Shown piece by piece: positions 41,027 through 53,459 of a stretch of DNA of 64,000 nucleotides. Below the pieces are notes generated by a model. It did not search any database, was not told where the DNA came from, and saw only the letters and a program-made list of their open reading frames with translations. The stretch is taken from contig NW_027117343.1 of assembly GCF_038025025.1 (NCBI RefSeq), positions 1,178,001 through 1,242,000 of the forward strand. The letters are read 5' to 3'. This DNA comes from Phyllosticta citribraziliensis (lineage: Eukaryota). Position numbers and translations under genes: made by a program. Numbering within the stretch: position 1 is the stretch's first letter; each line of letters opens with the position of its first letter.

Positions 41027-43750
41027 TCAGTCAATCCCCGTGATCGCAAAGTACGGGTCATTTGGATCAAACGGAAACTTGCGAATAACAACATCGCCCA
41101 CATAATTGCTCAAGTCAGGCTCATACGCCGCCAAGTCTACCGCGCACGTCGGCTGCGCTTGGCCAAACGATGTGATGGAAGACTTGTTGCCGCTCCCGTA
41201 CTCAACCCGCACTTGATTGATGGTGGCGCGGCTGGGATCCCCGGGGAGGTAGTTGAGCGGCAGGATTTGCAGGCCGGCGTGGGCAGAGGTGAAGACCGTG
41301 TTAGGCAGGTCGCCGGTGTGCGGAACGTGGTGCATGCTAACAAGACCTGAAGTTAGCAAAGGCGACAGAGATGGCGACGCTGGGGTGTAAGCAAGGAGAT
41401 ACTGCCTACCCGAGGTTAAACCACACGACCAAATCCTCTTGCTCCAAACTCTCGCCGTCGAAGAACGCGTCAAAATCCACTATCGGGTCATGCACGTCCT
41501 GGCTATTCGCCGGATGCGCACTCTTTGGCTCTGTATCTTTCTGTCGCGTGACGAACAAGTCGTGGGTCGCCCACTGCGCCGCCTTGGCCAGATTCGTGCT
41601 GTTTTGGACCGTCAGGTGCATTGGGCTGGTGGCTGGCATGATGCGGTATCCGCGGGCCTCTCCAAAGTCGTTCGGGGCGTCAGTGTTGACGACGCTCCAC
41701 ATGGTCGCCGAGTTTTCGCCCCAGGACAGCTTGCCCTCGTCTTCATTGGCGATGTGCGAGCGCGCGAGCTTCATCGTGTTGCGTGCGCCGCCAAAGGACC
41801 ACGGGTACGTTTCGGTGGTAGGCACGAGCTTGGTCGATGTGAGCGTATTGGCGGTGCCGAGGACGTCAAGGTCCAGCTTGTAGTTGAGGACGTGGTCGTG
41901 CATAGAGCCGGAGAGGGCATCGTGGATGTGGAAGCCGTAGTCGCCGTTGTTGGCCCAGTACGCGGATTGGATGTAGCCAGAGGCGCGCACTTCGACGTGG
42001 ACGCTGCCGTCGAGGTGGAAGGAGTAAGTAAATGCATAGTCATAGTTGCCTGGATGGATTGTCAGAAATATTCCGAGTCGATTTTGCTTGGAGTGCTCAC
42101 CAACGGTTGCCACGCTACGGATGGTAAAGTAGGTGTTCTTGGTGATGCTGACGTAGTCTGAAGTACTGTGTCGCTGCAGCGGATAGTCGGCCGTGCTTTC
42201 AAAGAGACAGATACTGTTTATGTGCGTGTGTGTCGTCTCGGCCGTGTAGAATGAGGTATTCAAGTAGGTAGCATAGCTGGGGCAGTCATAGCCAGCGACC
42301 AACTGGAAGCTATAGGGGCCGAATCCTGGCTTTGAGTCAGCACGTCGCAGTGTTTACCAAAGGAAAAGATGCCTCCTGGCTGCATAGCATCCGTTCACAA
42401 CGTTCTTCCCCGCTGCAGCTAGACCCAGGGTGTATCCGGACTAAACTCACCATAATAGGTGTCCAAGTAAGCTGTGCCAGACTGGACTGGGTCGTTGCCC
42501 GCGTAGTGGGCAAGCGCCTCTTCCAGCCCCAGCTCATAGATGATACGCTGACCTTTGTACTTGATGTCAAAGAGTCTCATGCCTGTGTCACGGCTGAAAG
42601 CGACATAGAACTCGAAATCCATCCACTTGATGTACTTTTGCTCTGTGTCGACAAAATAGCGAGAGCCCTGGGGAGTTACAGCCAAAGGTGGTGTCAACGT
42701 GTCGAGCGGCAGCACGGGACCCTTCTGGTCCGTAGCTGCCCAGGATCCACCAATGTTGGGCTTCAGCTTTTCGAATCCCTCAGAGTAAAATGCGGTCTTG
42801 AATTCTTCGGTGGTTGGGTAGAAGACGTCGTTGTAGAACCAGCCAAGCAAGGCCCATTTGCTTGGGTCTCTTCCAGTGAGATTGGCCGCAAAATAGAGAC
42901 CAAGGGGTAAGAGGGTTCCCTCATCGAAGCCATCCGTTGGGAGACCCCAGAACTGATTCCATTGGATGATGCCATCCTCTTGCCAGTACGGATCTTGACC
43001 CCATGCGTCGATAGTGTCGTTGTCCAGTCCAGTCGAAGTGCCATTGAAGAGCTCCAGGGTAATGTCAGCAATAGAGGCACTGACGTTGTGCTTCCAATCG
43101 GAGAGGCTGTCGGAATCAGCCTCGAGATTGCGCACTTTTCCCTGGGTCTGTCTTGTGTAGGGGTACGTCAGCGGCTCGTACCGCGTGGTCCCGTTCTTGA
43201 TTGGCAAGGGGCCGACCAGGATGTCCTGAAAGTAGGGTTCTTCAGATGCTCTGTGGTCCAATTGGATGTGAGCGTATCTTGCCGGGGCTGTTCCATTGCC
43301 GTCCAGGTACGAAAGAGAATCAGTTTTGTTTGGAATCATCAACTCTACAAGCGTCTTTGCAATGGTCAGCTCGACACGATGAGCTTGGTACATTCAACTT
43401 ACAATTGTATTGTCCCATTCGCCAGCATCACTAGCTGTTGTCAAATTCAGGTCCTTTTGGCTGAAAAGCCAGGCAACCACCGGTGCAGCTTCGGCATCAG
43501 TCAGTCCAGCCCAAATGTTGCTTTTCGGCGCCGCGATGGACTGAGCGACTGGAGCAGCGCAAGAGGCACCCGAGTCCTGGCGTCTGATTGGATGACTCCT
43601 GGAGCCACCAAGTCCTCCTCTTGCCCGACTGTCTTTCATCCATTTTGAACCAGACTTTGGATTGGGCCTTGCCGAGACGTGATCAACGACATTGGAAAGC
43701 AAAGACAAGACCGCCAAACCGGTCGCCAGGGCTGAGATTGCCGACTTCAT
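41027..43750 (-). CDS. Secreted copper amine oxidase (TPQ-dependent), 5 exons
   Basis: Signal peptide MKSAISALATGLAVLSLL; catalytic YLD; TVG/NYDY cofactor motif; MHDH and HHVPH copper ligands; four GT-AG introns with branch sites restore the frame. Confidence 0.93.
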
Positions 43751-45626
43751 GGCCGCAGTTGCAACTGTGGAATAATTCCGGTCGATGCCGCATTACGAGT
43801 CTCTCAACAGACCCTCTTTATACATTTTGACATTGTGACCCTTCGCATGGACCTGCTCAGTGCAGAAAAGGCCATCACGCTTTCTGCAGTTGTGGGTCAA
43901 TATGGCGAAGTAGATAGGGACATTTTTCGTCGTGGTCACGATGTCCGGAACTCTTGGCAGTTACGGTGTGGGGTTTGTGGTGTTTTCTCGATTGCTTTCA
44001 CGCCCACTCTTGTAGATAACAACCCAATGGAATCGGACATGGTCTTCTCCGCAACTCCACCGATTTTCGCAAGCGACCTCGTCGAAGCTGCTCATTGGGT
44101 CTTCAGAGGTAGAGTCCAGGAATCGACATGGCAGCCGGGCACGATAAAGCGATACGAAGCGATATCAGAAAGAAGGTGGATTTCGGCTTTGCCAGCCCCG
44201 GATTCCGGCTTCTTGTACCTGACGATTCTGAGCCCCAGCTTCAGGGCGTCAAAGCTTTCGACCTATCTGCGTCCAGAATGCGGAGGCCTGAAAATATTTC
44301 AGGGCGCCGTGCGCGTTGCGCAAGGAGGGACTTAGCTGTCGACTCCTGAGATTAGGGTCGCAAACAGCTTGATCATCGTGTGAGGTTCGTTCCCATCTTC
44401 CGAGCAATCACTGCGCCCCTCATGCTCTTTGCGAATACACTCTTTAAATATGGGACCGGGAGCAAGCTCTATTGTTTTGCCCACGAGAGATGATCGGGAC
44501 TTGCCAACGTGGTGTATTTGTTCTTTTCGCCCCTTTTCGAAAGCACCCTGTTGAGTGGACGTCAAGATAAAGTTGCTGGACCCGGCGTCAATTTGGGACC
44601 CGACTTTGCCTGTTTTGACCTGGCCTGGAAGAAAGATTGACACTTTATCGAGACTTCAACAGACGGACACGATGCAGCAAAGACGCCCACAATTCCGCAA
44701 GGAGAGATTCTGCGTATCAAAAAGAGGATGGGGAGGTGCCACGAAAGGGCAGCATTGGCCGAGCACGTGGGCCAAAGACAGGCAGGGCTGGAATGGTGCC
44801 TCAGAGCCTGAGAAAGAGCTTAGCCGTGGGTAAATTGGCACCCACGAGATGCAGCGCATGCGGCGGCATCGGTCCAAAAGGTCGACAGCCCAAGAAGAGC
44901 AGGGGCAGGAACGAAACGAGACAAAAAAAGATGGGCTGGCGAGCGAGTGCGTCAATCCAGAGGCGGTGCGTCGCACGTTGATGGCATCGGGCTGCGGCCA
45001 GGATCCAGAGGGCGCTTAAGAGCACATGTCTCGCGGTTTCACCGCAGACGATTGCGGCTCGGGGCAGGGCCGTTGAGCGTTGAGGACGAAGCGGTATGGT
45101 ATGGTATGCCGGGAGGTGGGATGTCTGTGGGATGTCTCCGCTGTGGGAGGGCCAGCGTGGAGGGGTTTGGTTTGGCACCCCCGCGGGGCGGCAATCAACA
45201 GGGGTGGAGGTCCGTCTTTGCAGCGAACAAGGGTAGAGGGATGCACGCGTAGCGCCAGCCTGACATGTACCCTCTACTGATGTCTACTTAGACTCGTTAC
45301 ACCTCGCAGCTCCAGCTCCAGCTCGTCCAACACCAGCACCGCCCATTTGATTTTTTCTCTCTGTCTGCTGGCCGCTCCACCTCGCGCCTGCCCTCGCTGT
45401 CGCCGCTTGGACCACCCCCTTCCAGTTCCTTGTGCCCCGCTTACGTCACTGCCGCCTGCACCAGCGCCCGCGTCCTGCTACTTAAACTCGTCGAGCTTCT
45501 CCCCACGCCGTCTCCACAACAACTCTCTCTCCACACCCGCACCCACAATTGTCAACCCACCTGTTCAATCCCTCACCACTCTTCACCAACATTCCTCTTC
45601 TATCAAAGCTTCATCCACTACCCAAG

Positions 45627-46430
45627 ATGCCTGCCGTAAGTTCAATTGCTCTCCCCAACCCTCAGCCTGACCCGGGTCCACTAACCTCACTTGCCCAATG
45701 CCAGATCAAGCAAATCCACTTCGACTGCGACAACACCCTCGTCCTCTCTGAGGAGCTCGCCTTCGAGGCCTGCGCCGAGCTGTCTAATGAGATCCTCGAG
45801 AAGTACGGCATCTCTGACCGCTATACCGGCCCTGCTCTCCTCAAGGACTTCGTCGGCCAGAACTTCCGCGGCATGATGACTTCACTTCAGAAGAAGTACG
45901 GCTTCTCCATGCCCGACGACGAGTTCAACACCTACGTCGACCGCGAGCTTGGCAAGGTCATCGAGACGCTCGAGAAGAAGGCCCAGCCCTGCGAGGGCGT
46001 CATGCCCGTCGTCCAGAAGCTCTACGACGAGAAGAAGTACGGCTTGTCTGTCGTCTCTTCCTCTGCCCTCTCCCGCGTCCAGGCTTCCATCCGCAAGGTC
46101 GGCTTGGACAAGTACTTCCCGCCCAACCACGTCTACAGCGCTGCCACCTCGCTCCCCAAGCCGACTTCCAAGCCCGACCCCGCCATCTACCTCTATGCCT
46201 GCGAGCAGATCGGCGTCACTCCTGCCGAGTCCGTCGCTGTCGAAGACAGCCGCAGCGGTGCCACTGCCGCGAAGAATGCCAAGATCCCCCTCATTGGCTA
46301 CGTCGGTCCCTACGAGGGCGAGGAGCAGGAGAAGATGTACAAGATGCTCAAGGAGGAGTGCGGTGCCATCTACGTCATGAAGCACTGGAACGAGTTCTTC
46401 GACGCTCTCAAGGCGGTCGAGCAGTCCTAG
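45627..46430 (+). CDS. HAD-superfamily hydrolase/phosphatase; intron 45636-45704
   Basis: FDCDNTL motif I, VVSSS motif II, KPDPAIY and VEDSRSG motifs III/IV; strong codon bias. Confidence 0.92.
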   Translation: MPAVSSIALPNPQPDPGPLTSLAQCQIKQIHFDCDNTLVLSEELAFEACAELSNEILEKYGISDRYTGPALLKDFVGQNFRGMMTSLQKKYGFSMPDDEFNTYVDRELGKVIETLEKKAQPCEGVMPVVQKLYDEKKYGLSVVSSSALSRVQASIRKVGLDKYFPPNHVYSAATSLPKPTSKPDPAIYLYACEQIGVTPAESVAVEDSRSGATAAKNAKIPLIGYVGPYEGEEQEKMYKMLKEECGAIYVMKHWNEFFDALKAVEQS

Positions 46431-47364
46431 ACTTCCAACTCGGACATCACGGGCGGATAGACGAAGGATCAGATAGACCTTCACTGACGACGACAGCCAA
46501 ATCTGGCCATGTATGAGGGACGAAAATGGGTTCACGAGGATTACGGATGGACGATTTGAATGAAACAATCTCCCATCACTCCAATCTCTTGCTTGCCGTG
46601 AATTTTGATCTGTTGCTTGAAAGTGATTCAATTGTGCGAGTCTTGGCCTTTTTGAGGTCTTCGAGTGTGTTTTTAAGAGCATGGCAGTAGTGTTGCGAGG
46701 AGCATAAGTAAGTAAGTGCGGAGGACTTTGACATGGAAGCTTCAGCCCTTACCCATTCCTTCCTGTACGTACGCGGATAGAATTTTGTTTGCGCAGCTCG
46801 ACAACTGACACGCCATCACAGGAGCGCACAATGCACACATAGTCAACTCTTCGACAGACACTGTACTTGACGGCATCTCCATCGCTGTTGCTTCCTCTCT
46901 GCAGTCACCTCCATTTTGCTCAAACACCGACATATCGCTCAGACCATGGAAGCATTCTCGAAGAAGTCACTGTGGCTGCGCTCCGGTTTACCTACTGCCA
47001 GTGCCGGTCCTAATGAGCAGCTTGGGACGAATGCCGAGGAGAAAGGAAGAGAGGGTGATGTTGCCGCCCGCCCGCGCCTCTGAAGCATCCATGACAGGCA
47101 GCGATGGTGGGATGGAGGGTCATGAGAATGGCACATGGGCTGGTGACGAGGCATTCAAGCGGCAATGTGCCAGAGGATTGACTGAGTGTATAAATGCTGT
47201 GCAGGGCCTACTTACGTACGTACATCCGAACAAATGCTTTTTGTCATTGGTCTCGCTGCTGACATGGCGTTCTTTTGACAACACGCTCCCTTCCACACCC
47301 TTCTCCTACATCCTCTTCAACTGACCCCGACTACAAGTCTCCACCGTACCACACCGCAGCGCAC

Positions 47365-48842
47365 CTACCCCTTCATCGTCTTCTGCCTCTGGCTCCTCCT
47401 CAGATTCTTCTCGCGCTCCTTCTCCAGGTACTTGCGCTGGTCGTCGGCGCTCATGTTCTTGAGCTTGCGCTCGCGGTCCGCCTTCTTCTGCTTCTCGGCC
47501 TCGAGCCGGCGCTCCTCGGCGCGGCCCTCGTCGTCGAGCTTGCGCAGCTTGCGCACCTCGTCCTCGCGCGTCTGCCGCACGCGCCGCAGCGCCTCGGGCC
47601 GGAAGTGCGCCGACGACGCCAGCCGGTCCGGCAGCCGCAGGAAGAAGCTGAACAGCGGCAGCGTCGCGCTGTAGTCGCCGTTGGAGGGGAGCGTCAGCGC
47701 GAGCGTGACGCGCTTGCGTGGGTTGGTCTCGTCGAGCCTGTGGCTGGTCAGTGGGAGCACATGGGGAAAGAGGATGAGACGCACGTCTTGGGGCGGTCCA
47801 TGGGCTGGTCGGAAATGACGAGGGCCTCGAGGGCGTCGCCGGCCTGCTCGACGACCTTGAGGAGCTCGGGAGTGAGCATGGCGTCGGTGATTTCGGCCGA
47901 CTCGCTCATGACCGTGTACCACATGGGCAGCTTGGGGTGGTCCTTGGTGGTGGTCAGGGAGAGGTCGTAGCGGTCGTCGCGCAGGCGCTTCATCAAGTCC
48001 TTGTGCACAATGGCAAAGACGAAGCCGTCAAAGGTCGAGTTGGGCACCTTGGCCGCACCGGGTGCCAGCGTGCTCTCCTTGCCGTCAAACGTGTAGGCCG
48101 TGGCCTCCATGCGCTCGACGGGCGCGGACACGCTGTCGAAGAAGAAGCTGGCCGCCGCCTCGCCGTAGCGCACCAGCGGATTGTAGCGCTTGAACATGGA
48201 CAGCTTGACGTCGACAAAGGCAATGTTCTGGCGGCCCGTGGCGTACGACTGGTATTCGTTGTGCGAAACCTCCTTGACCAGCTTCTCCGGCTCAATGGAT
48301 TCCATGTCCTCGGCACTGAGCCTGGCCAGCCCGCTCGCCTGGACCTCCTCGACCGTCGGCGGCTTCTTGTCCCTGCGCCCGCCAAAGCCCACGCTGGCAA
48401 ACTCGGACTTGAGCACCGGCGCGTGGGCCCTCGCCCAGCCGTGCGCGCGGCGGCGGTTTGCCCGCGTGCCCCAGACGTGCACCAGCAGCACCAGCAGAAT
48501 GAATGGCAGGATGAAGGCCTCTTGCTTGAAATCGGACAGCTGCGTCCGCTCCCACACCCGGTACCACTTGGTGTAGGGGACGCGGGGGGCGTCGGTGGCG
48601 CCAGCGACGACGCCCGCAGCGGCCGTCGATGCGCTCGCCACCGATATCGACGCTGGCGTGGGCTCTGGGGCGCTGGCGAAGTCGGCAAAGTCTGCAAAAG
48701 CACTCGATTAGACCCAATGGCCCCATAGTGTCAAGTCGGGGGGTTCGGCCTGCGGGCGTGACGTACCGGCGTCGTGGTCGGCGACGGGCGCCGCGCTGGG
48801 CTTCGGCTTGGTGCCCAGCAGGTTGTTGAGAAAGTCTGCCAT
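47365..48842 (-). CDS. DUF1682 / CCDC47-like ER membrane protein (PAT complex subunit family), 3 exons
   Basis: DFADF, one TM segment then 'GTRANRRRA..W', FASVGF, YATGRQN, MSESAEIT, charged C-terminal coil 'DQRKYLEKERE'. Confidence 0.88.
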
Positions 48843-49389
48843 GGTCGCGGATTGGCCTGTCGATGACTGGCGACGCAGAGTTGGGCGACGAGGCTGATGG
48901 GTTGCGATGCGGCGCTGGCGACGACAGAGATGTTGACCTTGGCGGTGCGGCGTTGAGCTTCTGCTGGGTGCTCCAGCCAGCTCCGGGATCCTTACGCGAG
49001 AGCTCGGCGCCGATCTGTCGACTACTCCGACCATCACCCTCGCCCGGCTCACGACAACGACCTCGACCAACTTGATCAATTCGTCTGCCAGCATTCCGCA
49101 CACGTCATGGCAACGGCTCCCATCTCGCAGCCTCCCCTGTTTCTTTCTCACTGCTCACAGCCAGACGGGCGACCTGCTCTCCCAGAAAAACAACTCCGGC
49201 CGGCCGCGAGGCACGGTCATCGCCTCCACTCCCCACACCACGCTTCCCAAATCCATTCCAACACTCTCTCTACCCTCTCTCACGCACATTACCCCCTCAA
49301 ACCTTCCAATCCAGAAAGCTTCCCTTGCCTTCCCTTCTCCTCCCCCCAGATTTCCCTTCATATACCACTTTCGCGCCCAATCTTTTTAT

Positions 49390-49479
49390 GCGTTCATGGT
49401 CTAGGGGTTATGATACTTGCCTTCCATTCATCCACGATGGAGCCAGCAAGTTGCCTGGGTTCGAGTCCCAGTGGACGCA
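49390..49479 (+). tRNA. tRNA-Gly(TCC) with 18-nt intron (49427-49444)
   Basis: Acceptor GCGTTCA/TGGACGC; anticodon stem CTTGC/GCAAG with TCC at 49423-49425; T arm CTGGG-TTCGAGT-CCCAG; TTTT just downstream. Confidence 0.93.
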
Positions 49480-50896
49480 ACGTTTTGCCTGTATCGTATT
49501 GGGGAGGGCCCGGCGATGTTTTTTTTCGCGTTGGGCGTGGGTGGGGGTGCGTTGGGGCGCGGCAGGGGGCTAGACCGGGCGGTGACTCCACCCCACCCCC
49601 TGGCGTGTTTGCGGCTTTTGCGAGAAAGGTCTGCGAGGACGACTTGCCCAACTCTTTTTCGCTGGTGGTGATGGTGGGGGTTGTTGAAGGACGCCCGCGG
49701 GAAGTCCTTGTGGCTACACGTAGGTGATTCGTTCCTGTTGCTAATGTGCTGCTTTCTGTACCGTGTGCATGGCTTGCTTGAGAACAAGTCGAGATTTGTC
49801 GACTACCTACGTACCAATGGACGTAACGGCAGATCCGGGTACGCGGTCGAGCGAGAGGTAGACAGCGTGGATGTGTGTGAGAGCGGAGCCAGAGCCGTGG
49901 TGCTGGACGAGACGAGACAAGACAGGACAGGAACATAGCGTTCCAGACAGACTACAACAAGAGGGCGCGATGTATGGCAGAGATGAGAACCACGCGAGGC
50001 AAAGAGCAACGTCTACTCGATCCAACTCAGCGTCGCACGCACTTACTTACTCTGATGAGGATTCAGACACATGCTTTTATTGGTTGATTGGTTGGTTAGG
50101 TATTTCCCAAACAACAGCAGCGAGCTGAAGAAAATTGCGTCTCTGTCCGGCTCTTGCTGTCTCATCCAGCCAGCAAGTCAAGTGTCTCGGCACATGTCAT
50201 ATATGCATGCGTGTCTCGCGGCGAATATCCACCGCAGAGATAAAGCCACATGTGGCGCCAACACATTGAGGAAATAGAAGCAAGAAGTCTCGTTTTCGTA
50301 CGACAAGAGGCTAGTCGGCAATTATCAACACCACCATCTGTCTGTTGCCGTCTAGGTGCGAGGGTACCTGTGTACGGCAAGAGGTGGAAGATGACGCAAC
50401 ACAGCCAGTGGCGGTGGCGCCACCGCACACAAAGAGACGACGGCGCGTGACGGCGTCGTGTGGCGACAGAAGCACGCTAGACGTGCTAGCCGGTTGAGCA
50501 GCTCATGAGCGTCACCAGTGGTTGAGAGCGGTAGGTGAGCCGTGGGCAAGCTAGACTGGTGGCGAAGCCTCTCCAATCCGGCCATGGCGACAGATGCCGA
50601 GAGGGCAGAGGGCGTGGAGGGTGGAGCGCGTGACAGGTTCGCAGATTCGGGCTTGGATGATCTCGATATTTGGCATGGGCAGGTAGACAGGAGATGGCAA
50701 AGAATGACGAGGCGCTCTCATTCCATTCAATTCGTAGTAGATAGATGGTGGAGAGAAGGAAAGGCTAGGAGTACGGCAGAAGAAGACACAAAAACCAACC
50801 GACGCAAAAGAAAAGATCCCGTTCAGAACGCGCTCCCGTCAACGTATCCTCTCCTTCTCAAAGCAGTCCAATTCCATTTTGGTCAAATTAAACCGC

Positions 50897-52697
50897 TCAT
50901 GCCCCGTTCTTCACACCGTTTCCATTGAGCAGACTATCCTTGTGGGTACCCCTCGCAGGCGCGCCATTGTTGTCCGTCGCGCTGATCGAAACCTTGCTCA
51001 GCATGCCGTTGGCCGCACGCAGATCCGGAGTCTTGGCCATGCCGTTGTGCGAGCCGTTGAAGCGCAGGCCCGAAATGCCGGGGTAGCCCTTGACGCCGGT
51101 GGCTTTCTCGAGGCGCGACGCAATGTCCTCGCTGACCTCGCGGAAGATGGCAATCTGGCGCTTAATGATCTCCTCCTTGCGGCAGTTGGCCATGTGGCCG
51201 GAAACGGTCTTGATGAAGCGCTCGCGAGCGCCATCGTCGAAAACGCGCTCCCACAATGCGCGGGGCGCCTTGAAGTCCTCAGGGCGGATCTCCGACAGGA
51301 ACGTGACGGCCTCGCCAATGAAGTGGCCATGCGTCTTGTTCAAGTCGATGGTGCGGTTGCGGAAGCTGATGGGCTCAATCGATGACAGGTAGTTGGGACG
51401 ACCGCCCTGGTTGTAGAAGGCCATGGAGCCGTCACGCTGGAAGTTGGCGAAGCGGTACGGCACGCGCGGCGCGTTGACGGGGAGCTGCTGGTAATTGACG
51501 CCAACGCGGTGGCGGTGCGTGTCCGGGTACGAGAACAGACGCGATTGCAAGACGGGGTCGGCAGAAGGCTCGACACCGGGCGGCATGTGCGCTGGGTTGA
51601 AGCACACTTGCTCAATCTCGGAGAAGTAGTTCTTTGCGTTTTCGTTGAGGAAGAACTCGCCAAACTTGCGCAGAGGGAAGTCCTTTTGCGGCCAGACGTG
51701 TGTGAGGTCAAAGACGTTGATCTTTTCATTCTCCCACAAGTCTTCGGCTTGCTTGGGAGTGACGGTCTGGACGTAGCAGTCCCAGCCGGGGTAGTCACCG
51801 GCCTCGATGGCGTAGTAAAGATCCTTTTGCGAGTGGTCGGCAGACTTGGTGGCAGCCTCCTCGCCGGTGAGGAACCTGATCCCCTGCTTGCTCTTGTAGT
51901 GGAACTGAGCGTAGACCCAGTCGCCATTCTTGTTCACCAACTTCATCGTGTGGCCAGCGTAGCCGTTCATGAAGCGGTAGCCGTCGGGGATTCCACGGTC
52001 ACCCATGAGGATCATGACCTGGTGGACGGCCTCGGGGTTCTGGGAGAGGTAGTCCCAGAACATGGTCGAGTCATCGGCGCCGGTCAAGTGAGTGGCCGGG
52101 TCGCGCTTCTGGGTGTGGATGAAGTGGGGGAACTTTGCGGGATCGCGCAAGAAGAAGACGGGCGTGTTGTTGGCGACCATGTCCCAGTTGCCCTCGTCGG
52201 TGCGGAACTTGACGGCAAAGCCGCGAGGGTCACGGGCACAGTCGTGAGATCCCGACTCACCGCCGACGGTGGAGAAGCGAGCGGTGACGGGGCACGACTT
52301 GCCCGCCTTGAAGATGTCGGCGACAGAGAGGTCGTCGAGGGGGTCGGTGGTGCGGTAGAAACCGTGAGCACCGCTACCCTTGGCGTGGACGACGCGCTCT
52401 GGAATACGCTCTCGGTCGAAGTGGGAGAGCAGATCTACCAGGTGGAAGTCCTGGAGCAGCAGAGGGCCGTTCTCGCCGACGCGCTGTGTCTCGTAAGGGT
52501 GGGGGTAAGGGGCGCCATTGCTGGTGCAGTAGAGCGTGTCCTGCGAGGTAGCGTCGCGGTCGTCGTTGTAGTCGCGGTAGAGGTCGCCGTTCTTGCGGCC
52601 GTCGGCGGCGTGGGCTCGCGGCATGTTAGCTGTGGGCAGCCCGAGGGGAGGGGAGGGAGCATTGTTCAGTTACGGTACCTTGGTAACCAGGAGCCAT
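50897..52697 (-). CDS. Monofunctional small-subunit heme catalase; probable 19-nt first exon (52697-52679)
   Basis: FDRERIPERVVHAKG active site; RLFSYPDTH heme ligand; no signal peptide or C-terminal PTS1; alternative start at 52624. Confidence 0.95.
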
Positions 52698-53043
52698 GGT
52701 GAGATGTCGTGGTACGGTGGATTGGATGGGCGTCAGACAGTCTCAGATGCCTGCGGATGGAGATTCGGAAGATCGATAGGAGGGAGGCGCCGGGCGAGTG
52801 GGAAGGACCTTTATAGGTAGCATCCGAGTCGAGTCGAGTCGAGCGTGTCGAGGAGCGCCAGGCCAGAGCATGACGACTAGCGTGCAAGCCATCCGCGCAG
52901 CACCCTTGTTCCCCCGCATTCTGTCAGCAGAGAGCGTCTGGATTTGTCGTCTTGTCGTCGAGAACCCGGGCGACCAACGCCTAGCGGATCGACGGGCAAT
53001 CCAGAGTCGCGCATTTTTCAGCATCCGCCAGGTCGCCGTCTTT

Positions 53044-53305
53044 ACATCGCCCCGCCGCCCATTGGCTCGCTTACCGTACTGTGTCGCGGTACGGCAAGGT
53101 ACCTGCGCTGCCGAACCTCTTTTGTGTCTTCCTCTTCGTCCGTCTTCCTTCGCGCAGGCGCTCGCTCCAAGCCATCGCCGTCATCACCATCTGAATGTAC
53201 TGGGCTGCACTCATACCGCATGGATGGATGGATGTTCTGATGCACCCCACCTCGCTCGCCACGCCCTGCCTGCCAACATGACATCGCCCGCCCGCCCATT
53301 GGCTC
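53044..53305 (-). promoter_or_regulatory. Two copies (53044-53068, 53281-53305) of a 25-bp motif containing CCAAT-N12-GAT upstream of catalase
   Basis: Minus strand GAGCCAATGGGCGGCGGGGCGATGT and GAGCCAATGGGCGGGCGGGCGATGT; both fit the CSAAT-N12-RWT CBC:HapX consensus. Confidence 0.65.
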
Positions 53306-53459
53306 CCTCTCCGCACAACCTCGCCCACTGCACTCGTCAAACGTCCACTGTCGGCCTCCACCTCCACCTTTCCGCAAACTCTGTCCACCTCAAACTCGCC
53401 CCCGGCTCCTGCCAAAAAAGGGTCCAACCCAACTGAACCTTAATCCCCTCTCGCCCTCC

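Noticed and set aside
43835..45600. Short ORFs between the amine oxidase and HAD genes
   Set aside because: No motifs or codon bias; divergent promoter region
49399..49410. Telomere-like TAGGGGTTA (telomerase template?)
   Set aside because: It is the D-loop of tRNA-Gly
41027..52697. Amine oxidase plus catalase as an H2O2-producing/detoxifying cluster
   Set aside because: Separated by housekeeping genes and a tRNA; oxidase secreted, catalase apparently cytosolic; no evidence of co-regulation
51509..52702. Long antisense ORFs (also 45882-46682, 47937-48728, 55223-56020)
   Set aside because: Shadows of GC3-biased genes on the opposite strand
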